Origin: a virus
Taxonomy: Duplodnaviria > Caudoviricetes
IMG/VR virus record: IMGVR_UViG_3300032281_000062
Span: 1 to 25,720 of that record
Direction: 5' to 3' (one strand)
DNA length: 25,720 nt
Within the stretch, counting starts at the first letter, position 1. Each line of letters begins with the position of its first letter. The notes under the pieces were generated by a model. The model was not told where the DNA came from. It was given only the letters and a program-made list of their open reading frames with translations, and did not search any database. Shown in pieces: positions 1-7,973 of the stretch. A program made the position numbers and the translations under genes.

Positions 1-8
1 AATAAAAG

Positions 9-761
9 ATGACCGTAGTTGCCAATGCAACATTTAATCTTGACCTCTCGGAGATGGTCGAAGAAGCGTTTGAGCGCTGTGGCTCAGAGCTTCGTTCTGG
101 TTATGATTTGCGTACAGCCCGTCGTTCTTTGAATCTGTTGTTTGCTGATTGGGCAAACCGAGGCATTAATTTATGGACGATTGAGCAGGGACAGATCCCG
201 CTAGTACAGGGTACAAACACCTATGACTTACCGCTTGATACTGTAGACTTGATTGAGCACGTTATTCGTACAAACCCTGGGGTGCAGAACACTCAGGCAG
301 ACCTGACAATCTCACGCATCTCAGTATCTACATACGCAACAATCCCCAACAAGTTGCAGCAAGCTCGCCCTATTCAAGTATGGGTAAATCGTCAGTCTGG
401 TGCTACGTACGCAGGTACAAGCAGCTCTACCCCACCAGCAGGCGTTAATGCCCCTAAGATCGTTATTTGGCCTACCCCAGACCAAGGCACTGCCCTAGAC
501 CCTTATTACACGTTTGTTTACTGGCGTCTGCGCCGTATTCATGACGCTGGCGATGGCTCTAACACAATGGACATACCATTTCGTTTTTTGCCCTGTTTGA
601 TTGCCGGTCTGGCTTATTACTTGGCGTTGAAGATTCCGGGTGCGGATGCTAGGTTGGGCGTTCTTAAACAGCAGTATGACGAGGCTTGGGAGTTTGCGGC
701 TACAGAAGACAGAGATAAGTCGCCTGACCGCTTTGTACCACGCCGGATGTATATTACCTAG
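9..761 (+). CDS. Putative head-tail adaptor / tail tubular protein A-like ring protein (P22 gp4 / T7 gp11-type fold)
   Basis: 250 aa. Helical N-terminus, then YDLPLD, a beta-rich core ending in IWPTPD, then LIAGLAYYLA and a C-terminal helix (LKQQYDEAWE). I recognise this layout from podovirus adaptor proteins, and it sits at the start of a tail module. Confidence 0.65.
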   Translation: MTVVANATFNLDLSEMVEEAFERCGSELRSGYDLRTARRSLNLLFADWANRGINLWTIEQGQIPLVQGTNTYDLPLDTVDLIEHVIRTNPGVQNTQADLTISRISVSTYATIPNKLQQARPIQVWVNRQSGATYAGTSSSTPPAGVNAPKIVIWPTPDQGTALDPYYTFVYWRLRRIHDAGDGSNTMDIPFRFLPCLIAGLAYYLALKIPGADARLGVLKQQYDEAWEFAATEDRDKSPDRFVPRRMYIT

Positions 762-769
762 AGCTAGCC

Positions 770-1198
770 ATGCCAAACACCTTTGCATCTGGTAAACGGG
801 CTATATCGCAGTGCGACCGCTGTAACTTCAGGTTTCAGTTAAAAGAACTACGCATTGAGATTATCAAGACTAAGCCCTACCAGCTATACGTTTGCAAGGC
901 ATGCTGGGATCCTGACCACCCTCAATTGCAGTTGGGTATGTACCCTGTTGAAGACCCGCAAGCATTGCGCAATCCAAGACCGGACAATACATATTATCAA
1001 GCTGGTTATACCGGCTTGCAGTTGAATCAAAACGCAGGTAATACAGAGCAAGGCTTTGGAGACCCTACAGGCGGTAGCAGGGTGTTTCAGTGGGGCTGGG
1101 CTCCAGTTGGTGGGGCTAGCAGTTTTACTAACGTTTTAACGCCAAATTACTTGATTGCAGTAGGACAAGTGGGTACAGTTACGGTAACGACAACATAG
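770..1198 (+). CDS. Phage protein with N-terminal Zn-ribbon (CxxC...CxxC)
   Basis: 142 aa. CDRC and CKAC pairs followed by WDPDHPQ. Function unknown. Confidence 0.7.
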   Translation: MPNTFASGKRAISQCDRCNFRFQLKELRIEIIKTKPYQLYVCKACWDPDHPQLQLGMYPVEDPQALRNPRPDNTYYQAGYTGLQLNQNAGNTEQGFGDPTGGSRVFQWGWAPVGGASSFTNVLTPNYLIAVGQVGTVTVTTT

Positions 1199-1207
1199 GA
1201 GAAAGAC

Positions 1208-1417
1208 ATGTTTAAAAAAGGCGCAGATGGTGTTACTAAAAAAGGTAAGACTAAAGGTACAAATCTAGGTGATTCAGGTCCAAGCGTTGGCATCCAAAAA
1301 GGTGGCAAAGGCGGTATGGGCGGTAAAACCAACGAACAGATGATGAAACTGGGTCGTAATATGGCTAAAGTAGCTAACCAAGGAATGATGCGCAAAAGCG
1401 CAGGAAGAGGTCGATAA
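1208..1417 (+). CDS. Small Lys/Gly-rich basic phage protein
   Basis: 69 aa. AGGAG Shine-Dalgarno just upstream. The stop overlaps the next start (TAATG). Confidence 0.75.
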   Translation: MFKKGADGVTKKGKTKGTNLGDSGPSVGIQKGGKGGMGGKTNEQMMKLGRNMAKVANQGMMRKSAGRGR

Positions 1418-1680
1418 TGGCTAAGTACAGCATGAAACGTGATGGTAAAGAGGTTGGTCCAGCAGCTGTATACGCTGAGCCACACACTATGGACGGTAAA
1501 AAAGTAACTGTTGCTGGCGCTATTAAAGACCAGTCTGGTGCGCAAGTTATGGACGAAATAAATATCTCCGTAGGCAATATCAGCAAAAACGTTGGTAAAG
1601 ACGTAAAAACTTCTGGTATTGAAACTCGTGGTAATGGAGCCGCTACTAAAGGGCGTATTGCTCGTGGGCCAATGTGTTAG
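1417..1680 (+). CDS. Small phage protein with basic C-terminus (GIETRGNGAATKGRIARGP)
   Basis: 87 aa. GAGG upstream, TAATG coupling to the previous gene, tandem TAG TAG stops. Confidence 0.75.
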   Translation: MAKYSMKRDGKEVGPAAVYAEPHTMDGKKVTVAGAIKDQSGAQVMDEINISVGNISKNVGKDVKTSGIETRGNGAATKGRIARGPMC

Positions 1681-1693
1681 TAGGGTAAACCCG
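1681..1693 (+). promoter_or_regulatory. TAGGGTAAACCCG motif, copy 1 (translation-initiation region of the 1695 gene)
   Basis: Identical 13-mer at 12606-12618. Both copies are followed by one base and then ATG. Contains the GGGT/ACCC inverted repeat. Confidence 0.6.
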
Positions 1694-1694
1694 A

Positions 1695-2612
1695 ATGAAT
1701 TACGTTCAACTATACCAAGCGATACAGGATTACTCTGAAAATACAGAGTCGCTGTTTGTATCTAACATCTCGACTTTTGTTCAAGAAGCCGAAGAGCGTA
1801 TATACAACTCAGTTCAGCTGCCCCCACTACGTAAGAACGTAACAGGTAATCTTACAGCCAATAATAAGTATTTATCTTGCCCTGATGACTATTTGTCTAC
1901 CTACTCAATCGCTGTTATTGATGGGACTGGGGCATACACGTACCTACTTAACAAAGATGTTAACTTTATCCGTGAGGCATACCCAACACCAACAACTACG
2001 GGGCTGCCTAAGTATTACGCATTGTTTGGTACTCAATTTAATAACGCTAATGAGCTGTCTTTTATTTTAGGTCCAACCCCTGATAGTGGTTACGCCACAG
2101 AACTTCATTATTTTTACTATCCAGTATCTATTGTTCAAGGCGCTATTTCTGGTATTGGCGCTATTACTGGGGGTTCTTTATACACCAACGGAAACTACAG
2201 CAATGTACCTTTAACAGGGGGTTCTGGTTCTGGAGCTACTGCAAACATAACAGTTTCTGGACAGGTTGTTACATCTGTAACCATTAAAAACAACGGTAAT
2301 TTTTACGCCGTTGGGGATGTATTATCCTGTTCTAACACTTATATCGGTGGTTCTGGTTCTGGGTTTTCTATACCCGTAGGTGTTATTAATAATGCCACAG
2401 GTACAAGCTGGCTAGGCGATAACTATGATCCTGTACTTCTTTATGGTGCAATGCGGGAAGCAATGCTTTTTATGAAGGGCGAGCAAGACCTTGTTAAGTA
2501 CTACGAAGACAAGTACACCGAAGCTCTAATGCAGCTTAATAGACTTGGTACTGGTCTGGAGCGCGGTGATGCATATCGTGATGGGCAAGCTAAGATTAAG
2601 GTTAACCCATAA
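1695..2612 (+). CDS. Second adaptor / tail-ring protein with an inserted Gly-rich beta domain
   Basis: 305 aa. YLSCPDDYL, GLPKYYA, LGPTPD and LLYGAMREA parallel the motifs of the 9..761 product. A Gly/Ser-rich segment lies at about 2136-2393. Confidence 0.65.
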   Translation: MNYVQLYQAIQDYSENTESLFVSNISTFVQEAEERIYNSVQLPPLRKNVTGNLTANNKYLSCPDDYLSTYSIAVIDGTGAYTYLLNKDVNFIREAYPTPTTTGLPKYYALFGTQFNNANELSFILGPTPDSGYATELHYFYYPVSIVQGAISGIGAITGGSLYTNGNYSNVPLTGGSGSGATANITVSGQVVTSVTIKNNGNFYAVGDVLSCSNTYIGGSGSGFSIPVGVINNATGTSWLGDNYDPVLLYGAMREAMLFMKGEQDLVKYYEDKYTEALMQLNRLGTGLERGDAYRDGQAKIKVNP

Positions 2613-3043
2613 TGGCTATCCAACAAGGGCAGTGCACTATTTTTAAAAAGAACTGCTTAAGCGGGTTGGAAAACTTTGCTTCTGGAACCCCTTACGTTTA
2701 TAAAATTGCGCTATATACGTCGTTTGCGGATATTGGACCAAACACTACTTCTTATAGCGCAACTAACGAAATTACCGGTACCGGGTATACATCCACAGGC
2801 AAAGTCCTGACTGTTATACCGCCTGCATCTGATGACCAAACCCAAACAGCGTATTTATCATTTGCAAACGTGACTTGGGACCCCGCTTCCTTTACTGCAG
2901 CAGGTGCGTTAATATATAATGGTACTACTGGTGCGGCTGTTGCGGTATTGAGTTTTGGGGCAGATAAAACTGCTACAAACACATTTACAATAACTTTTCC
3001 TACGAATAATTCCACAAACGCCATTATTCGTTTTTCTAACTAA
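2612..3043 (+). CDS. Putative tail/fibre-associated structural protein (beta-rich)
   Basis: 143 aa, Thr/Ala-rich. YKIALYT...NEITGTGY...GALIYN pattern typical of minor tail proteins. TAATG coupling. Confidence 0.55.
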   Translation: MAIQQGQCTIFKKNCLSGLENFASGTPYVYKIALYTSFADIGPNTTSYSATNEITGTGYTSTGKVLTVIPPASDDQTQTAYLSFANVTWDPASFTAAGALIYNGTTGAAVAVLSFGADKTATNTFTITFPTNNSTNAIIRFSN

Positions 3044-3052
3044 GGAGTTTTT

Positions 3053-3664
3053 ATGCAAAAAGAAATAGCAAGCTGCGGCGATCATGCTGTGGCAACATTA
3101 CAAGCAAACGTTAATATACCAGAAGGTATGATTCAAGATGGTTTTTACCATGTTGAGTGCCGTGATGCTCAAGGTAATTTAAAGTGGACTGAAGAAGTTC
3201 CTAACTTGGTCGTAGCAGCGGGTAAACAGCTAATGCTTGATACTTTGTTACGTACATCTAGCACATACACTACCGTTGGACCATTCTTAGGATTAACTAG
3301 GGTTTCGTTGACTCCAGCAGCTACTGACACGATGACTACATTGGTTACTACTAACTCCGCTGAGTTTATTAACTACACAGTTGGTGGTTCCGCAGTTCGT
3401 GGTACTGCTGTGTTTGCAGCGTCTACTTCATCTGGTTCTACACCTTCTAACGTAACAACTTCATCTGCAACTGCTATTACCTACACTATTACCGGTGCTG
3501 GCGGTACTGTTTATGGTTGTTTCTTGGTTACTGGGTCTGGTGCAGTTAGTACATTAAGTTCTACAGCGGGTACTTTGTATTCTGAAGGTAACTTCTCTAC
3601 AGCTAAAGTTACAACTGCAGGCGACACAGTAAGCGTTACTTACAGCACAACTGCTACTAGCTAA
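3053..3664 (+). CDS. Putative tail/fibre-associated structural protein
   Basis: 203 aa, Thr/Ser/Gly-rich beta composition. NLVVAAGK and C-terminal GDTVSVTYS. AAGGAG Shine-Dalgarno. Confidence 0.55.
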   Translation: MQKEIASCGDHAVATLQANVNIPEGMIQDGFYHVECRDAQGNLKWTEEVPNLVVAAGKQLMLDTLLRTSSTYTTVGPFLGLTRVSLTPAATDTMTTLVTTNSAEFINYTVGGSAVRGTAVFAASTSSGSTPSNVTTSSATAITYTITGAGGTVYGCFLVTGSGAVSTLSSTAGTLYSEGNFSTAKVTTAGDTVSVTYSTTATS

Positions 3665-3674
3665 GGAGTCCTAA

Positions 3675-4952
3675 ATGGCTCTGGCGCTGTATGATCGTGT
3701 TCAACAGACTGGTACTGCTAATACAACCGTAAGTTTTACATTAAGCGGAAGTGTTACAGGTTTTCAGTCTTTTTCAGTTGTTGGTAATGGCAATACCACT
3801 TACTATGGAGCTACAGATACTTCTGGAAACTGGGAAGCAGGTGTTGGCACGTATTCAACCACAGGCCCAACGCTAACCCGTACAACAATTTTATCGTCTA
3901 GTAACTCAGGTTCTGCAGTTACGTTTAGTGGCACAGTTACTGTATTTGTTACTTACCCTTCTAGTAAATCTGTAAACCTTAACGAAACAGGAAACGTTAG
4001 TGCTTTAGGCACAGTTACTTCTGGTGCTTGGAACGGTTCAACTATTCCAGTAGCTTATGGCGGTACAGGCGTAACTGCTTCTAGTGGCGCTAACTCTGTA
4101 GTATTGAGAGATGCTAATCAAAACGTAACAGTAAACCGACTTAACCAATCTAATACCTCTGTTGCGGCTGCGGCAGGAATAACTGCTTTAACAGCGGCTT
4201 CTAGCTACTCTCAAACACTGACCGGCACGGGCTCTCAAACTTATACACTGCCTGATGCTACCACCCTGACTACAGGCGTAGCGTTTGAGTTTAACAACAA
4301 TGCAACAGGTACATTAACTATTCAAGATTACGCTAATGGTTCTGTAGGTACTGTTCCAGCTGGAGGGGCTGTTAATCTTGTTTTGTTAGCTAACGGTACT
4401 GTTGCAGGTACGTGGAACTACCACGGGTTTGCTCCTGAGAACATACAATGGGGAACAAATTCTCTATATCTGGCTAGCGATATTGTCTCTGGTGGCACTT
4501 GGCAAGGCGGTACGATTCAACCAGCGTATGGCGGTACAGGATTAACTACATTTGTAGCGGCTAACAATGCTCTTTATTCAAGCGGTGTAACTACATTAAC
4601 TGCTGGCACATTACCTACCGCTGCCGGTGGTACAGGATTAACTACATTTACTGCAGCTAACAACGCTCTTTATTCAACATCTTCATCTGCTTTAGTTGCT
4701 GGTACTTTGCCAATTGCGGCTGGTGGTACTGGGGGAACAACGGCGGCTACTGCGTTTAATGCTTTAAACCCAATGACTACAACTGGGGATATGGTTTATG
4801 AAGCCTCTGCTGCTACTGCTGCAAGATTGCCTATTGGTACAGCTGGTCAAGTTTTAACTGTAGCTGGGGGTATTCCATCTTGGGCAACTCCAACGTCTGC
4901 CGGCGCTACCAAGGCTCAAGCAGTCGCATATGCAATGATTTTTGGTTATTAA
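3675..4952 (+). CDS. Tail fibre protein with GGTG repeats
   Basis: 425 aa. AAGGAG Shine-Dalgarno. Four [GS]T[IL]xxAxGGTG motifs, a TTTGDMVY...ARLPIGTAGQVLTVAGGIPSW fibre segment and a hydrophobic C-terminal AVAYAMIFGY. Confidence 0.75.
   Translation: MALALYDRVQQTGTANTTVSFTLSGSVTGFQSFSVVGNGNTTYYGATDTSGNWEAGVGTYSTTGPTLTRTTILSSSNSGSAVTFSGTVTVFVTYPSSKSVNLNETGNVSALGTVTSGAWNGSTIPVAYGGTGVTASSGANSVVLRDANQNVTVNRLNQSNTSVAAAAGITALTAASSYSQTLTGTGSQTYTLPDATTLTTGVAFEFNNNATGTLTIQDYANGSVGTVPAGGAVNLVLLANGTVAGTWNYHGFAPENIQWGTNSLYLASDIVSGGTWQGGTIQPAYGGTGLTTFVAANNALYSSGVTTLTAGTLPTAAGGTGLTTFTAANNALYSTSSSALVAGTLPIAAGGTGGTTAATAFNALNPMTTTGDMVYEASAATAARLPIGTAGQVLTVAGGIPSWATPTSAGATKAQAVAYAMIFGY
4509..4733 (+). repeat. 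96-nt (32-aa) tandem coding repeat, about 2.3 copies
   Basis: Units start at 4509, 4605 and 4701. The exact 21-mer GGTACAGGATTAACTACATTT occurs at 4533 and 4629. Confidence 0.9.
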
Positions 4953-4961
4953 GGAACAATA

Positions 4962-5333
4962 ATGGCAAACCCAAACATACTAAACGCAACATCAATTTAT
5001 GGTAACTCAAATTATTTAGTTCCAAGCGGGACGAGCGCAACTACTTGGACCGCTCTTACACCTGCGGTTGGAACTGTAAATAGAATTGATTACCTCATGG
5101 CAGCAAACGTTACAGGTACAGCTGCAACTATTACTGTTTCTATTAACAGCGCAGTAAGTGGCGGCGGAACAGCGTATAGAATTGCTTTTCAAATCCAAGT
5201 ACCCGCTAATACTACTTTAATCCTTTCAGATAAATCTACCGCAATTTATCTTGGTGAAAATCAGTCAATCGTAGTAACTTCAGGTACAACCAACGCCATT
5301 GAAATGACAGCGTCTTATGAAGCAATAACTTAA
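4962..5333 (+). CDS. Small beta-rich virion protein, probably fibre-associated
   Basis: 123 aa. AAGGA Shine-Dalgarno. Lies between the fibre gene and the Gly-rich adhesin genes. Confidence 0.6.
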   Translation: MANPNILNATSIYGNSNYLVPSGTSATTWTALTPAVGTVNRIDYLMAANVTGTAATITVSINSAVSGGGTAYRIAFQIQVPANTTLILSDKSTAIYLGENQSIVVTSGTTNAIEMTASYEAIT

Positions 5334-5344
5334 AGAGATCAGTT

Positions 5345-6472
5345 ATGACTGATAGATTTTATGCGGGTTTTGTTAATGCAGCGTATGTTGGGGCTAAATC
5401 ACCCACGGCACCAACTACTGTAACTGCTTCTAAATTAAATACAGCCGCAGAAATTTCTTTTTCTGGGGCTACTTCAGCTTACGGCGCCATAACTGGGTAT
5501 AGAGTTACATCAACACCAGGAAATTTTACGGCTACAGGTGCATCATCACCAATTACAGTAAATGGGTTAACTAACGGCACTTCATACACTTTTCAAGTAA
5601 CTGCAATTAACGCTTTTGGTGAAAGCCCCGGAAGCCCTGTAAGTAACGCCATAATTCCTAACGAACTTGGTCAAAGACTTTATACACAGGGTAGTTTTAC
5701 ATTTATTGTCCCAATTGGTACGACAAGTGTTAGTGTAGTTTGCGTTGGCGGTGGTGGCGCTTGTGGTTATGCTAGCCCGAATGCTGGCGCTGGCGGTGGT
5801 TTAAGGTACAAAAATAATATTGCTGTAACTCCTGGGCAGTCAATTGCTGTAGTTGCGGCAAGTACTTCTTATTATGGTTCCCCTGGTGGGAATTCATCTT
5901 TTGGCACTAACGGCAGCGATGCTTTTTATTTTTTTGCTGGCGGCGGGCAATCATCAGGTCTTAGTGGTGGTACAGGCACAACAATTGGCAGCGGTGCAGA
6001 TGGTGGTGGTGATGGTGGCGCAAACTCAGGTTACTCCATGGGTGGCGGTGGCGCTGGTGGGTATTCTAGTAATGGCGGCGGTGGCGGGTCCAATGGCAGC
6101 GGCGCAGGTGGTTCAGGCGGCGGTGGTGGTGGTGGCTATGGAGCTTATAACGGAAGCTTTTACTCTGTTTATTGCGGCAGTGGCGGTGGAGTTGGAGTTT
6201 TAGGTGCTGGCGCAAGTGGTTCTGGTGGTTATGGCACAAGCGCAACTGCTGACGAAGCAACAAAACAAGGTACTGGTGGCTCAGGAGGAACAACAGGTCC
6301 TTACTATAGTCAGGGGGTGGCAGGTGAATATGGCGGTGGCGGTGGCGGAAGTTATGTTTATGCAAATAACTATATGTTTGGTGCTCCTGGTGCAGTTAGA
6401 ATTATTTATCCAGCATCAGGTGGCTCAATTTCCCCACGAACTTTTCCATCAACTAATACAGGTAACTTGTAA
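5345..6472 (+). CDS. Fibronectin type III + glycine-rich domain protein (putative adhesin)
   Basis: 375 aa. FN3 signature (ITGYRVT...ITVNGLTNGTSYTFQVTAINAFGES), then a polyglycine domain bounded by VSVVCVGGGG and GAVRII. Confidence 0.8.
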   Translation: MTDRFYAGFVNAAYVGAKSPTAPTTVTASKLNTAAEISFSGATSAYGAITGYRVTSTPGNFTATGASSPITVNGLTNGTSYTFQVTAINAFGESPGSPVSNAIIPNELGQRLYTQGSFTFIVPIGTTSVSVVCVGGGGACGYASPNAGAGGGLRYKNNIAVTPGQSIAVVAASTSYYGSPGGNSSFGTNGSDAFYFFAGGGQSSGLSGGTGTTIGSGADGGGDGGANSGYSMGGGGAGGYSSNGGGGGSNGSGAGGSGGGGGGGYGAYNGSFYSVYCGSGGGVGVLGAGASGSGGYGTSATADEATKQGTGGSGGTTGPYYSQGVAGEYGGGGGGSYVYANNYMFGAPGAVRIIYPASGGSISPRTFPSTNTGNL

Positions 6473-7428
6473 TGCCAACCTATAGCGGGCTTTGGACTCC
6501 AGTACAACAGCTACAGCAAGCGGGTTCAGGGCTTTGGCCTGGAGTAACTCCACCTGGGCAAGACCTATATGCAGGCTCTCAATATGGTGGTGGCGGGTCT
6601 AGTACCTATACTTGGGTTTGTCCTCCAGGAATTACTCTTGTTAGCGTTTGTTGTATTGGTGCGGGCGGTTCTGGATCTGCCTTTTACGCTAGCGGTGGTA
6701 CAAACGCAAATGGTGCTGGCGGTGGCGGTTTAGGGTGGAAAAATAATATTGCTGTAGTACCAGGAACTTCATACACAGTTGCAGCAGGGAACGCTTTTTA
6801 CAGCACAGTCGGCGGTAATGGTGGAGATTCTTATTTTATTTCCACTGGTACAGTAGCTGGCTTTGGAGGTCTCGCCACTTTTAATGGTCGTACTGGTGGT
6901 TCATACACCGGTGATGGCGGTGGTTCTGGTGGTAATGGTGCTGGCGGTATTTATGGATACTCTAGCAGTTATTCAACAAGCGGCGGTGGCGGTGGCGCTG
7001 GCGGTTATACAGGCGCTGGCGGAGTTGGCGGTACTGCAGGTAGTTCTCCTGGCGGTGGAGGTGCAGGCGGATCTGGCTCTGGAGGCGGTGGCGGTGGCGG
7101 AGGTGGCGGTAATTACTATGCTGCTCCAGGATACAACGGTGGTGGTGGAGCTGGCGGTGGAGTTGGAATTTTAGGGCAAGGCGCAAATGGTACTGGAGGC
7201 GCTGCTGGTGATCCACCCACTGGTGGTGGTGGCGGGTCTGGAGGTAGTGCGGGTGGCAATCCAACTAATGGTCCTGTTGGAGCCCCTGTAGCTGGTAGTT
7301 ACGGCGGCGGCAGTGTTAACGCATTTTATGGATATGGTGCGGGTGGTGGCGGTGCAGTACGAATAATGTGGCAAGGCCCCACTCCTGGCACACCAAGATC
7401 ATATCCAAGCAATGCCCCAAATGTTTAA
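6472..7428 (+). CDS. Glycine-rich domain protein (putative adhesin), paralogue of 5345..6472
   Basis: 318 aa. VSVCCIGAGG, GGGLGWKNNIAV, GGGVGILG and GAVRIMW match the upstream gene. TAATG coupling. Confidence 0.8.
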   Translation: MPTYSGLWTPVQQLQQAGSGLWPGVTPPGQDLYAGSQYGGGGSSTYTWVCPPGITLVSVCCIGAGGSGSAFYASGGTNANGAGGGGLGWKNNIAVVPGTSYTVAAGNAFYSTVGGNGGDSYFISTGTVAGFGGLATFNGRTGGSYTGDGGGSGGNGAGGIYGYSSSYSTSGGGGGAGGYTGAGGVGGTAGSSPGGGGAGGSGSGGGGGGGGGGNYYAAPGYNGGGGAGGGVGILGQGANGTGGAAGDPPTGGGGGSGGSAGGNPTNGPVGAPVAGSYGGGSVNAFYGYGAGGGGAVRIMWQGPTPGTPRSYPSNAPNV

Positions 7429-7442
7429 TTTAAGGAAATAGT

Positions 7443-7862
7443 ATGGAACTTTTTATTCAAATAGATGAAAACGGGCAAGCAAAAGAACATCCAATTCACG
7501 GCGACAACTTTCGTCAAGCGTTTCCGCATATTGATGTTAACAACTTACCAAGTAATTTTGCTCGTTTTGTGCGTGTTAATTCTCCAGTTCCTGGGGTGTA
7601 TGAGAAAAATCATAGAGTAAGTTATCAAAAGCGTCCTGACGGTGTTTGGACAGACGTACATACATGTGACTTAATGACAAGAGAAGAAATTATTGCACTG
7701 CAAAACCAAGTTAAAGCTAATTTTGCTGCAATTAATGGCCCCGCTTCTTGGATGTTTAATGAGGCTACTTGCAGATTTGAACCACCTGTACCATATCCAA
7801 ATAACGGAAAAAACTATCGGTGGGATGAACCAACAACTAACTGGGTGGAGGTAACAGTATGA
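7443..7862 (+). CDS. Putative fibre/adhesin accessory or assembly protein
   Basis: 139 aa. AAGGA Shine-Dalgarno. C-terminal SWxFNExTCxFEPPVPYP...YxWDE...W motif, which I associate with genes next to Gly-rich adhesins. The function is inferred. Confidence 0.5.
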   Translation: MELFIQIDENGQAKEHPIHGDNFRQAFPHIDVNNLPSNFARFVRVNSPVPGVYEKNHRVSYQKRPDGVWTDVHTCDLMTREEIIALQNQVKANFAAINGPASWMFNEATCRFEPPVPYPNNGKNYRWDEPTTNWVEVTV

Positions 7863-7972
7863 TTAAGAAATATCCAGGCGGAATAATTTATTTAATAGTT
7901 CCAGCTACAAGTAGAGGCGTATTCAATTTAACTACCCAAATGTTTTATAAAAAATTAGGCATTTGGGCTTAA
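7859..7972 (+). CDS. 37-aa mini-protein MIKKYPGGIIYLIVPATSRGVFNLTTQMFYKKLGIWA (not in ORF track)
   Basis: ATGA overlap with the upstream stop and GGAGG at 7847-7851. It fills the gap up to the 7974 start and aligns with the N-terminal motif of 6472..7428. Confidence 0.7.
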   Translation: MIKKYPGGIIYLIVPATSRGVFNLTTQMFYKKLGIWA

Positions 7973-7973
7973 A

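Noticed and set aside
5853-7374. His/Arg-rich antisense ORFs (6066..6365, 6962..7264) and Val/Ala-rich alternate-frame ORFs
   Set aside because: They are shadows of GGT/GGC glycine codon runs in the adhesin genes and have no independent initiation signals.
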